NCBI GenBank assembly: GCA_012295275.1
Contig: CM022666.1
Span: 11,470,001-11,534,000, forward strand
Length of the DNA stretch: 64,000 nt
Direction of reading: 5' to 3'
Source of the DNA: Chrysomallon squamiferum
Lineage: Eukaryota > Animalia > Mollusca
Positions 26,042 to 38,359 of this stretch are shown here, one piece after another. Position 1 is the stretch's first letter; each line of letters begins with the position of its first letter. The notes beneath the pieces are model-generated. The model was not told where the DNA came from. It ran no database searches and worked only from the letters and a program-made list of their open reading frames with translations. Both the position numbers and the translations under genes were made by a program.

Positions 26042-27911
26042 ATATTATTATTCCCCTTTTTTTCTGAACATATCTAAGATTACAAACATAATAATTATAA
26101 ATATAAATATACTTTTAGCTTTACATCTAAACAATCTAATATTAATTTTGTTTTATTTTTTCCATTTGGCACATGCATTCACTTTGTTTGCTGTTACGAA
26201 ACACTTAGAGCTCGGTGCTTGCACGGATAATGGTGGAAGCTGTGGTTTATTAAATGACCATGGCTGGAAGTCAACATTAAATAAGTAAAATGATCATCCG
26301 AAGGCAATGGATTATATTAAAGATCTCCATTAACGTGCTCGGCAGCCTCCAAGCAAATCTGAGCTTCATCTGTAGCAAGACTTTTAAAGCTCAGCATCCA
26401 GCGCCGATATAGCTTTAGGCACGTTTGTTATCCTGTCAACCGTTCCACAAGAAAAGTAATCGCATTAGTGGAAGACAGCTTCAGAAGGCAGCAAGCGATT
26501 TTAGGCGCCCAAGCGGAGACACTTTCTAAATATCTCAACTCACCCCAAGAGTTAGCGGGCTCGTTTAAAGTGGATTCCAATAAATGGCGATGTTTACGAG
26601 TTATTGACTTTCCTGCATGGCTCCCGGCAGCGGCGAGATGAGCTCGGGTTAAGAGCTGTACACGGGCAGACGTCTTCGTTAAACACGCATCGATAGCTAC
26701 CGCGCTTCATGCTTTTGTCTGCTTCAGTTAGTCAATGAACATTTCATATTTTGTTATCTCAAACAATAGGATCGAAACAAAAGCGTAAGATCATAAATTT
26801 GGGTTTCACCTGAAACCAGAGACAGACAGAGACTGAGAGAGAGAGAGATTAATAATTAATTAATTTTATTTTATACCTTTGATGATAATGCTTTATAATA
26901 ATAAATGTGATGTTGTTTATTTTCTTCTCAGAATTCATTCCTTTATAAAAGAAGAAAATCTCTATGTTGTTCTGAAATTTCGGCCAATTTAAATGGGTTT
27001 TTTTGCCAATAACGATTACTGAACAATGTTAAGTTTTCCTTATATCATCAAAATTAATACTGATGACTCAGCAAAAATAGACCGTTTGTCACAACACTAG
27101 TTTTTGAACATTTTCAGTATGGGATAGTTTATTTTTGAAAAAATGTAACACGATAATATATTATTTTAACATGCAGTGAATACTAATCAAAGTAGCATGC
27201 ATCAAATAAAACAACAATAACATAATATTACATAGTTACAGGCATAAATAACTGCATTAATAATATGAAAAAGAAACTTTTAGTATCAGTCAAAAAAAAA
27301 AAAAAATCCTTTAAATCACATTTCTTCAACTACATTTAATCAAACTTAAATATTTTCTATATATATATATTTTTTTTTTTAAAGTTAGAAATGTCAGACA
27401 AATATACCAGTAATTGTACTGTCTGAGTGGCTGTTGTGTTATCATCACATTCAGTGTTTTATCAGTTATTAACAAACAAAACACAGTAAGTGTCTAAAAT
27501 TAGGTTCATAAACATCACAACATTTATAGTGACAATTTTGTTTAAAAGTTAAAAATTATGTATTCACATTGACAAATTTGTAATTTAATATAAAAATATG
27601 CACACAGTTGAAAAAGGATGATATAAAAATAAAAAATAAGAATGATTAAAAGTAAAAACAAGACAGAAGAAACTGAATTGTACCTGGTATAATATAATGT
27701 TAGAATATCGTTGTTTTATTGTCATGTACAGAGTAATAAATATGGATGAATGAAAGATGTATGGTAAGGAAAAATAAATACATGGTATTTTGTTGCTTAG
27801 AGAATCATTTGAAAAACAATTTATCTAATTTTCAATTAACATATAACAATTGTATAGGAAGTACTAATAAAAATAAATATGCGTAGAGTTGTCAAAAATA
27901 AAACTGAAAAG

Positions 27912-28406
27912 TCAGAATTCAGGGTCTGATGCGTCTGAGTCCCAGCCTGCTGACTCTATGTGAGGACCTTCCACGTCAAAATCTGTGGTCACTTCATACT
28001 GAAACTCCGGATCACCAGGCTTCTTCCGGTTTTTCTCAAACTCTTTATCCATTAATAATTTTTTTCTTAAAAGTGCCTCTTCATCAAGTTTGTTCAAATC
28101 TTCTTCTGGGTCAATTTTATCCATAGCATCATTGCGAGCTAGACTGTCCTCCAGACTCATTCCATTCAACCTGTCTTTGACGATTGTGAGCAGTCGTAGG
28201 AGCTGTGTAGGCTGTATGTTTGCCACATACTTTGCATGTTTTACTTTCAGTTCTTCAATTACATTTTCAAGTTTGGAAGTTTTACTGAAGTTGCGCAGTG
28301 GCATTGTCCTTTGTCTTAGCTTGTTAGTTTTTCTGTCAATGTAAGTGACAACAAGAGCTGGAGGGTCAAACTTAACTCCACATTTCTTCAGTTCTACTGC
28401 ACTCAT
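27912..28406 (-). CDS. CEP19: Centrosomal protein of 19 kDa (CEP19), single coding exon, 164 aa
   Basis: MSAVELKKCGVKFDPPALVVTY...LRQRTMPLRNFSK...IDPEEDLNKLD...FEKNRKKPGDPEFQYEV...GWDSD matches CEP19 family motifs. The acceptor tttcAG at 28419 lies 12 nt before the ATG at 28406, so the ORF-track extension to 28439 is intronic. Confidence 0.93.
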   Translation of the reverse strand: MSAVELKKCGVKFDPPALVVTYIDRKTNKLRQRTMPLRNFSKTSKLENVIEELKVKHAKYVANIQPTQLLRLLTIVKDRLNGMSLEDSLARNDAMDKIDPEEDLNKLDEEALLRKKLLMDKEFEKNRKKPGDPEFQYEVTTDFDVEGPHIESAGWDSDASDPEF

Positions 28407-29150
28407 TGTGATGACAATCTGAAATATATTTATAAACATTATCAGTGTTATTTAATTCATTATTTAAACATTTTATTTATTTTTCTCAAACACTACTAGA
28501 TACTAAAAGACCATGCAAAACATTAGTCTTAAATTTAAAACTATTCTTAAGAAAATGTAAAAATGTACAAATTAAAAATTAAAAATATATATGTCTGTGT
28601 ATGCTTATACTTAAATAATAATTTAATAGTATTATTTCTAATCTGAATTAGTTTATAAACAGTTTACTCTGAATTTATACTTAGGTCCAATGTGTCTTAA
28701 ATTATATTTTATTAATTGTATTGTATTTTGACAACAGGCTTGAAATTTCGAAGTATGACCCATAATATGAGCAAGTGTAACATCATTAATTTTAAGAGGT
28801 AATAATATTATTAATAATAAATCTAAATTTACTATCGTCGTGAAATAAGCCTACAAAACTACTATTTAATGATCGTGTGAAAAAAAAAAAAAAAATAACA
28901 CACACACAAAAAAAACCACAACAAAAAGCACACAGACACTCAGACAAATGTGAACACAGATACTCGTATAACAGAGCTGACAGTACATCAATAGCCGATC
29001 AGCAGCTTTGGCTATTAGTACTAAGCTAGGGAAAAAAAAAAAAAAATCAAACTTAAAAAGATTTTCGAAGAACTGTTAACGCACGGCATTTAATATAAGT
29101 TAAGCCACAAATAACAACACTCATTAGAAATACTTTTTGATTTAATTAAC

Positions 29151-29250
29151 CTGATTTTTATAACAGTCGCCCAATTTTCAACTTTGAAGTTACAGTTGGA
29201 CTTGTTAAGTCTTGAATCATCCATATCAAATTTTCTGTATTGTACAACTG
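29151..29250 (-). other. CEP19: Putative non-coding first exon of CEP19
   Basis: Minus-strand donor CAG|GTTAAT at 29151/29150, upstream of the CEP19 acceptor. The 5' end (TSS) is an estimate. Confidence 0.4.
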
Positions 29251-29299
29251 TTCCCTCCTAAGCAAAGCACCTATGAATGGCCACTCGCTATGAAGGGTA

Positions 29300-29301
<2 letters not shown>

Positions 29302-29386
<85 letters not shown>
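29302..29386. repeat. (TG)n microsatellite just upstream of CEP19
   Basis: Direct read. Confidence 0.97.
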
Positions 29387-29390
<4 letters not shown>

Positions 29391-31891
29391 GTTGTTGCTG
29401 TTGCTGTTACTATTGTTTGTTGTTTTTTTTAATTTTTTTTAATTAATAAAAAAAAAAAAAAAAAAAAAGAATTTGCGAAATTATTAAAGTATTTTATTCT
29501 TTGGTGACACTTTATCAGTATAAAGACAAATATACATATACTCTCTTATGTATTCAATATCTACAAAAAATATATATAATATTTTAATTTACATTAATTT
29601 ATTTCAGCTGGCTAATGAATACTAAACGAAATACAATCAAACCACTTTATAACTCAAACACTGGTTCTATAACGATTTTGATTATAACGAGTTTTCTGAG
29701 ATTACGAATTAATACATGCACCAAATCTCCGTACTCAGTACTGGCTACACAAAATAACTAATTAACTAACTAAATAAAAACACAGCGTTTGCACGGTTGT
29801 TTTAAAGAAAAACAAAAAATATGCTGAGCTACAGGCTCCTTTATTTTGATAGTGCGATCTGTTATCAACGAACAAATTTAATGGGAAATTTTATTTATTT
29901 ATAAAGTTACCGAAGTACATATAATTTTTGAAGGGGAGGTTTTAATGTTTCAAAATAATAAAATTATCAGAAGATGAAAAATGATTATTTTGAATTTCGT
30001 TATAGTCACTGAATAAGACAAATATCCGGTGGGTAAAAATCCGGTGAACAAATGACGTACGATCGTAGCTCGTGTCCTTTCAGTCAGCGAACAGGCATTT
30101 GGCAACGTTCAAGTACCGCAAAGGGATCTGCTCATGTCAACAACCTTTCAATACTACTGATATTACCAACATTACCAGCTTAAAACCAGTTTTCGATAAT
30201 GCCATGATACTTATACTATCCCCGAGATTAAAAAAAAAAAAACTACAGAGACAACGATAATTTATATTCGTCAGATATTATACAAAATGAAACTTAGTTT
30301 GCTTGTGGATTTATTACAGACTTGACGATCGAAGACAAGATTAGCTGATGGCAGTTTGTCGGGTAATCTTACTATGCACTGGCATTCGAGTGTGCCGCCC
30401 GAAACGTGCTGGGTAATGGACAGCGGAGGTGTGTGTGTGTGGGGGGGGGCGATAAAACAAGGTAAATTTGTAATATAAGCATTTTCATGTGATAATAGGG
30501 ATAGTGATATGAAGTAGTGTGTGACTACTAATTAATAATAATAAAATTAATAAATTAAAATTAAAAAAGGATGATGCATTAAGTTGATTAACCACTTATT
30601 TCTACTAACGTTTTTGTTTCTAGCGTTTTCACTCTTACTTCGATATATATTTTAAACAACAATTGTCAAATATAATTTAACAACAGAATTTACAAACGTA
30701 TCAGATATTAAGTTTTGAGTTGCTACTCATTTAATTTACTCAGTATTAACTTTTATAAATTTGCTTGTAAAATTATTAATGATTATGCTATAAAAATTAT
30801 CTAATCCCTGCAAGGATATTGTCAGAGTATAGTATATATGATAAAATCAAATCTGTTTATTATATACTGTAACACATTCAAATAACATAAATAATAATAA
30901 TAATCATAATAATGATGATAAATTAATAACGATGACAACATTTTATGTTTGATTTTGTATATGTAATTGAAATAAAAACTTTTAGACTAATAATATGATA
31001 ATATCTTTAATATAAAAAATATCTGTAATAGAGAATTGTATTTCTCTGCACACAAGTACAATTTCAAATTCCAGTCCAATTTTCATATTCAACAGTTTTC
31101 ATTTAAAACTTCCCAGTGAGATCTGAGTACATATTTCAGACATATACACTTTCTATAAATCATTAAATTGTTATCTGAAATCTTGTAAAAATTAATACCT
31201 GATAAAATTAAGATGTATCCCTTTGAATCAGTATTGTACTAATAAATAAAGCATCAAACATTTGTTTTGATTAAATAATAATGTTTCCAAGATTTTGAAT
31301 AGGTTGTAAAGTAGAAGATCAAGTTTTCTGAAAATTATGTTTTTATAATGTTCATTTATATTCTTCATTTCAAAATGACTGTTTTAATGAAGCCTGTAAA
31401 TTTTGTTTTTTGGCTAATAAATGTCAAGACAGCGAGTTTTAATTATTCTAGCCAAACTGATAAGTTGAAGAATAAACTATAAACAATCTTAAAATATACA
31501 AAAATTACCAAACAAAACATTCCTCATCAGAAAATACAGAATTCAGAATTTTCACTCAGCAGTCTTTTGTTTAAATACACTGACATTTAAGAACCATTAG
31601 ATTGAATACTTGATTCAAAAAGGTTTCAGTGAATTTAGTTGAGTCCATTGTGCATATAAATTATAACTGTTTGCAGTTAACTTTCTTATTATTTTTCTTG
31701 TCATACTATTCAACATTGTTATTAACAATATATTTTAAAATGATTTACTGATTATATATGAGAAACAAGAAGAGTTTATTTTTCTGCAGTTCCTTTTCAT
31801 ATTTTGTAAAACTTGATGAATTAAGTTCATTTAAATTGTTTATGCACATTCACAACATCCATGAGATAAAACATGTTCTAGTCATAACATG

Positions 31892-32083
31892 CTATCTGTT
31901 TAAATTCCTGACAAAGGAATCTTTTATCACATCAGCAATTGCAGATGGCTGAAAACCTCCTTTCAAAAGTACAAAATGGCCAACATTATCTTGTCCAACT
32001 TTAGCTGGTGATGCCTTTGAGTTTTCTAACTTGCACAAGGTATCTCTGGCAGATAGCAATACCTCATTTGCAGCATTGTTGTT
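31892..32083 (-). CDS. AARS2: AARS2 exon 22 (terminal)
   Basis: Poly-T tract plus tAG acceptor; NNNAANEVLLSARDTLCKL...DVIKDSFVRNLNR-TAG; minus-strand AATAAA at 31775-31780. Confidence 0.75.
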   Translation of the reverse strand, partial: NNNAANEVLLSARDTLCKLENSKASPAKVGQDNVGHFVLLKGGFQPSAIADVIKDSFVRNLNR

Positions 32084-32587
32084 CTAAAAAAAAAAAAAAT
32101 AATAATAATAAAATAAAAATTCTTAAAACATTTACAGTACATTCCTAGTACAAGTTCAGTATATTTTATAAAGCATGGTTACTTCAGTACAGTTGTGCAA
32201 CAATTTCAGTGTGTTATATACCACTCTGATTTAATCCTCTTAAATATTTTATATTATATTAAACAATCTGAATAGAACTTAAGTACAGATGTAAGTAAAT
32301 AATAAACATCTATTCAAATTTTAAACCAAAAACAAAAGCAAGAATACAAAACTGACCAAGTAAATTTCTGAAATTGTCATCACTTGGATATTTTTACTTG
32401 TCTCATTCAAACTTAGTTGTAGAGTAAATAAATAGGTTTAACATGTTTTTTAGACTTCCAGTTGTTATATTTACAAATGTATAATTAAAAAATAAAATAA
32501 TAACAGTATAATATTAATACAAAACATTCAAACTGCCTTTTACTCCTTTACCACCAGAGCTGGGACATCACTGTGTGCAGTTGTGAA

Positions 32588-32618
<31 letters not shown>

Positions 32619-33254
32619 AAAAATTGCAAAGATTTGATTTTCTATTTGGAATTTGCTCTAAAATGAAATTATTTATTACACTGAAGAATAGTAAAAATCT
32701 TTTACAAATCAACAGAAACATTCAAAATAAAAGTGATTACGTGTATGTTTATAAAACAAAACTGCGATTTTCAGTATACAATGCTTTGTAAAAAGTTTTT
32801 TCTATGAAGGAAAATAAATTGGTTTATATATGAAAGTATCCAAGAGGATAATGGTTGATAAGAAGGTTTATGAGTATATGCTTTCTGAAAGAAAATAGCT
32901 TTTATGTGAATTTTTACACACTTTTAGTGTTTATGTTTATGTTTATGTTGCATAAGATTTTTGACTGCACAAAAATCTTGAATATAGTTTATATTTATGT
33001 GCATTCACTGACTGGTACAATTTTTATGAGACTGGGCAGCTCCATTTTGAGGCAGAGGAATTATAGTTTTAAATAAAATTCTGACAGTGTACAGAATGAA
33101 TAAAAAGAAACATTGTAATAAAAATAAATAAAAAAATGTTTTGCACATATCTTGTTTTTTTCCTCATAAACCTGTAAGTAATGTATTTTAATCTTGAACA
33201 TATATATTCGTTGTACACTGGAAATTGCTAGAAAATTATAAAAGGATTTTTAAC

Positions 33255-33350
33255 CTTTTGAGCACATAACAAAACTAGAAAAGCTCTTTCTCCTTCTACC
33301 AAAATGGCTGTAGGTTGAGTAATCCTCATTTCAGCTACTGCTTTCATCAT
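33255..33350 (-). CDS. AARS2: AARS2 exon 21
   Basis: MMKAVAEMRITQPTAILVEGERAFLVLLCAQK, AG/GT, phase 0. Confidence 0.72.
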
Positions 33351-33555
33351 CTGCAAAAAGATTAACATTTCTCTTCAAAACAGAAAAACAGATTAAAATA
33401 GGAACACAGCAGAAACAATTATTCTGAAATAATAATACATATAGAATTTTGCATTTAACATGTTATCAAAGATGTATTTAAAATACATTTTTAATATAAC
33501 ATTTAGCTTTCATCTGACATTTATAGCTAGAATAATTAATGTAACAATTATACAC

Positions 33556-33630
33556 CTGTTTGTTGTCAGTCTGCCATGAAATCTGTTTGACAATGTATGT
33601 AGGTTCTGTCATCTGAAGTTGAAGGATTTC
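33556..33630 (-). CDS. AARS2: AARS2 exon 20
   Basis: EILQLQMTEPTYIVKQISWQTDNKQ, AG/GT, phase 0; sequence is divergent. Confidence 0.72.
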
Positions 33631-34576
33631 CTACAAATTAATACAAATATTAAAATATGGTTAATATGTGTCTGTCCTGACAATCTTTATTTTCAAACTC
33701 TGAATTACAAGTATGAACTACTTGGCTCAGTTTGGTCAGTGAGAGAGTTACTGCATAGGACAGCTGTTTACTTGGGCCTGGGTTACTCAGTGACAATTCA
33801 GAATGCTTCTCAGCCAGGTGATTCAACAGTTGAGTGATGATAATGACTGGTTTGTTTTCACTGTTGACTGTATCTGGTTGTGTGGTTGATCATCACTGAA
33901 AATGCATCAACAGGATCTTGATAAATGTTTGGATGTCTTGCCAATGACAAGGACATTTTTAATATTCTTCCAATGGAATGTCCACTAACAACCCAAATTT
34001 CAAACAAGTTTGATAGAAAATTTTGCTGCATTTTGAAGTGAATTTCAGCATGTACATTTAGAAAACAATTTCTGAAATGAAAGTAGAAATGACTGAAAAG
34101 TGGAAATGGCAGTCAATTATAGTTTCAAAATGAAGTGATTCAAATAAATATTCAAAATGACTTCATAAATGTGATGTGATAAAATTATCTCTGCCTCCAT
34201 CAGAGTTTATCATCAAAGTACCACCTCTAAAACCTATCAAAATACATTAATCACCAAAACAATTGTTATCAACACTCAACTGTTCAGTTACCAAAATGAG
34301 AGGCATACCCAGGCTGAAAAGGTAAAAATTTAAACAAGTTTTGATGTGTTTTGACATAAGAATTACATTATCAAAAGTGTTTTACACAAACAGTTAATTA
34401 TTTACCTGATTAATCTGAATCTAAATCCTAGACGGCATATTGTACAGATCTGAACACCATATATTCAACTTTTAACATAAATCTTTCCTATTTCAAAACT
34501 AATCCACTATATTTTTAAATTCATTTTGTGAATTAATTAATTTCCACTTGCAGTTTAGAGATCATATTATGAATAC

Positions 34577-34696
34577 CTCACGAATTAACTTCTGTACTTC
34601 CTTGTTGTAAGCTATTTTTATAGTTTCTCCAAGCTGTTCTATTTTGCTTGAAATTTCGTCTCGAATGACTTTTGGCAATAATTCTTCCTGAAGTAA
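34577..34696 (-). CDS. AARS2: AARS2 exon 19
   Basis: LLQEELLPKVIRDEISSKIEQLGETIKIAYNKEVQKLIRE. Confidence 0.82.
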
Positions 34697-35071
34697 CTGC
34701 ATAAATACAAAAATGAAATGGTATAAATTATTTCCTTTATCTTGTGAGTAATAAACAAAGATATTGTTCCTTGAAACTAAAAAGACTGTAAACCAGTTAA
34801 ATCTTTCATGAATACTACAGAGTATTTTGACAGAAAATAAAGAAATATTTAACATTACTTGACATGTTTGTGATAATAATTTTTAAGTGTTACAAGTATT
34901 TTTATTTTGTAATGTAATCAGAATGGAATATTGTTACAGCAAGTATCTTTGACAACAAAGCTCACACTGCAATGACAAGAAACTGCTGAAAGCACTGATC
35001 AGTAGCAACTCTAATAGTTTGAGTTACTTGAAAGTACTGAACAAGAATATGGAGTAAATTAATGAACTAAC

Positions 35072-35182
35072 TTTATTGATGTTTTTAACAGTGTCCAGCC
35101 AGCCTAGTGGATTTGTTTGCTTTTTCATGTCTTCCTGCAAAGTTTCAAACATCTTACAAAGTATCTCCCCATTCTTATGAGC
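35072..35182 (-). CDS. AARS2: AARS2 exon 18
   Basis: AHKNGEILCKMFETLQEDMKKQTNPLGWLDTVKNINK, AG/GT, phase 0. Confidence 0.82.
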
Positions 35183-35308
35183 CTATCAAATTTAAAAAAA
35201 GAAAAAGAAAAAAAAAGAAAGAAGAATGGTTAGAACATAATGTGTTTGGTCACATTAAACATGTTTAACAAAATAAAACTGAAGAGAAGTGAAGAACTGT
35301 TCATGTAC

Positions 35309-35417
35309 CTGTCTGGCTTCTTGTCCTGTAACACATGAAAGTCTTTTAGTGCCAGCAGAAACTCCCTTCAGTCTCACAATACAAAAATCTTCAATGTCAG
35401 CAGAATTCAAAACATGA
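35309..35417 (-). CDS. AARS2: AARS2 exon 17
   Basis: HVLNSADIEDFCIVRLKGVSAGTKRLSCVTGQEARQ; completes the CxxxH editing motif. Confidence 0.93.
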
Positions 35418-35598
35418 CTAAACAAAATAAAAAAATACAAAAACAGAGTCAGAAAAATTAGTTAAAAATAACACTGAAACCCCAACAAAATAATTGTTAA
35501 TAAATATTTAGTATATTTTATAAAATTAATTTAAAATTAAATCTAATTTTTTGTGTACAATTAGTTGCTACTATGATGGAGATTTCAATCATACTTAC

Positions 35599-35684
35599 GT
35601 TCCACCACAGAGCTCTGTGGAAACAAAATTGTTTTCATTGTGAGACTCTCCAATTGTGACAACTCGAACATGGTTGGGGTAATT
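35599..35684 (-). CDS. AARS2: AARS2 exon 16
   Basis: NYPNHVRVVTIGESHNENNFVSTELCGGT|gtaagt. Confidence 0.93.
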
Positions 35685-36307
35685 CTGGTGAAGTGAAATC
35701 ATTTACATTTTTAAAACAGTTAAACATTAAAAATAACAGCTGAAATTAACAAGGATATACAAAGTACAAGAAATATACACATTTTCAAAACATAATACAC
35801 ATGGAAATACAGAGACAACAAATCTTTTATAAGTTTTAAACAGTTTTTAAACAAAACAAATTTTGTATTTTAAAACTTAAAAAACAAAAGTAAAATCTTA
35901 TGGATAAGAATTCAACAACATTGACTATTTAATTTTGGCCCCTTTTTTTATTTTTTTTTTAATTACTCTCTTAACTTCATTACTAACTAATTCAATGAAA
36001 AAATTATCAAATGTCTACATAAAACAAACATGTGATAATGTAATTACATTTAAAACACAGATTTAACATTTTAACAATTTGAAGAAAGTCAGAATTCTTT
36101 TGTTAAATTCACACATTCCCTTAACTAAAAAATGTTTGCTATAAACATGAAAATACACCTGATAGAAAGAAGATTAACAACAATGCCAGAATATTTAAAT
36201 TTGTTAGGTTTCAACAATGTCATCATTTAACTTTGATGTAAACATGAAAAAAAAAAACTTGTTAAATTTAAATGTATTTAAAAAACAGCAAGTGTAAGTG
36301 TACAAAC

Positions 36308-36448
36308 CTCATTTTGTAGGTAAGCAAGACCTTTTATTTTGAATGCTTCTTCTAAAGACAGAACCTGTGTACTGACATTTAGACCAGCTTTTATCTGTGC
36401 AATTACATAATCCTCAATCAGTTTAATAGTATCAAGACTGATTGAACT
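36308..36448 (-). CDS. AARS2: AARS2 exon 15
   Basis: SSISLDTIKLIEDYVIAQIKAGLNVSTQVLSLEEAFKIKGLAYLQNE. Confidence 0.92.
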
Positions 36449-37444
36449 CTGAAAGAAACAATTCAAATGTCACTTTGTGTCAAAAAATCAAACATTAACA
36501 TTAGACTGAAAAACAAGCTACTAATTCATATTTACAACTGAGCACAAGTTAAGGACCAGTTTTTACAAAATTACAGACAAAACTGCAAGAAAATATCAAT
36601 AATATTTAAAAAGTGAACATGTTTATCTTATTGTAATAGATAATACTGAAAAATAAATAACAACTGTGCTGATGCCAGCTGCATATTCATTATTGTCAAA
36701 ATAAGGAACAACACATATCCAAGATGTTATTCTGGTAGCTATGCCTTTTAGAGTTCAGAAATGGTAATTAAATCCAGTTTAACATCAAACAAGATGTATC
36801 ATCTGTTGTCTGGAGCATGACTTCTATCTGACTAACATGCCTTTCTCCAGGTTCTTAACTTCCACTGTGCTCCTGTATTTTGTGAGAAGAGAACATCTGA
36901 TTGGTCTCTGAACTTTCATTCCAGCTGCTTGTTGTTTTGTTGTTAGTAGTTAAGCATTTTGCATTTTTTTTTATTACTGGCATTATTATTTGAAAAAAAT
37001 ATACTGGCTATTGGGTGTCAAAACAAAGATAAATACAACAAAATAATAATTATTTTATGTTGAAAAATTCCAAAGTTAATTAAAAATAGAAGTATTACAG
37101 TTTAACAAAAATAAAATATATATTAAAATTCAGTATCTGTAAAAAAAAATTAAAACAAATTTAGAAAGAATCAAAAAATTTCGTCACATTTATTTGACTA
37201 AATATATCTTTCCTAATCTGCTTAAGATGATAGCACTTCACTAAAATGTGGCAGTGTCAGAGTACAGACAGTGTTCACACTGTGGTGGCTAAACTGACAT
37301 GGAAAAAACTATTTTATTTCACAGTTTCTGTAACATCCTACTTAAAATATACTGAAATCATATTCAGCTAGCTATGAATTCTTCTTCAAGATATTTCTCT
37401 TTTACTGGTTACTAATACTGAACAGTGAGGAAAGATAATCTCAC

Positions 37445-37582
37445 CAGAGATGTGAAGTCAAATGTAAACTTGTCTCCAGTGACATCCGAGCCTTTCTGTG
37501 CTGTGTCTCCTACCAGATGAGTAAGAGCAGAGTTGAGAATGTGAGTAGCTGAGTGGTTCTTCATACAGCCCAAACGAAACTC
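37445..37582 (-). CDS. AARS2: AARS2 exon 14 (editing-domain HxxxH)
   Basis: EFRLGCMKNHSATHILNSALTHLVGDTAQKGSDVTGDKFTFDFTSL. Confidence 0.94.
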
Positions 37583-37772
37583 CTGAATAACACAGATAAA
37601 ACTGCTAGAAGTTGAGCATCTTTAATTCCAAGAAAATCACTAAGTCAATAATATTAGATTATAATGTTTAATCAGTTCTATAAACATGCTTTAGAATTAG
37701 GTGTTTGATGAAAGTCCTTAAATATGTTTAGAAATTTATATCTAGATTTATATAAAAACGTGTGCTACCAAC

Positions 37773-37889
37773 CTCATCAATTTTTGTTTTCACAAAGTCT
37801 TTAGTTTTAAGTGTCCCTTCTGTCACTTTGCCAATGTGAATAACATAACCATAGAAGTCTTGTACATCAGACACCTCAAAACAACCTGA
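37773..37889 (-). CDS. AARS2: AARS2 exon 13
   Basis: SGCFEVSDVQDFYGYVIHIGKVTEGTLKTKDFVKTKIDE. Confidence 0.92.
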
Positions 37890-38148
37890 CTACAAAATAA
37901 TAAAAATATTTTATTTAAATAGTAAAATATTAAGAAAAACTATTACCAATAAATATTTACTACATCTCATGTTAGAAGATCAAAAACACAAACACTGCAC
38001 TAATTTCAAAAGAGATGTTTTTAACTGAAGACATTTTAGACAAAAATATATGGTGGGTTTTTTTTTTTTTTTTTTTATAGCTTTTGTTATTGTTTTTAAA
38101 ATTAGTAAAACAGATTAAGTTTGAAAAAACCAATTTTCTTACAGTCAC

Positions 38149-38309
38149 CTCTGTAAGCAGAGTTCCATGGTCAGCTGCTTGTCCACCACTTTCATGATAA
38201 AAACAGGTTCGGTCAAGAATTACACCACACATGTCCCCAGCAGACACTGAGTCTCGCAGTGATTCCTTGTCTAACAAACTTATAACCTGACATCTTGGTG
38301 TTGGAAAAT
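38149..38309 (-). CDS. AARS2: AARS2 exon 12
   Basis: DFPTPRCQVISLLDK...GVILDRTCFYHESGGQAADHGTLLTE. Confidence 0.92.
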
Positions 38310-38359
38310 CTTAAAAATGAAAATAAAAACATTTAAAATTTATCTGTCACCTAGGTGTA

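Noticed and set aside
28090-28344. Antisense ORFs over CEP19, and similar ones over the GPCR (51175-51471) and neuroligin (11085-11285)
   Set aside because: Shadow frames of real coding exons with no independent evidence.
33722-33800. tRNA gene or tRNA-derived SINE head (A-box-like TGGCTCAGTTTGGT)
   Set aside because: No intact B box or cloverleaf; at most a decayed SINE. Same verdict for a weaker minus-strand match near 52615-52665.
36700-36900. Possible LINE reverse-transcriptase tail in an AARS2 intron
   Set aside because: Only faint resemblance with many stops; cannot be supported without a profile search.
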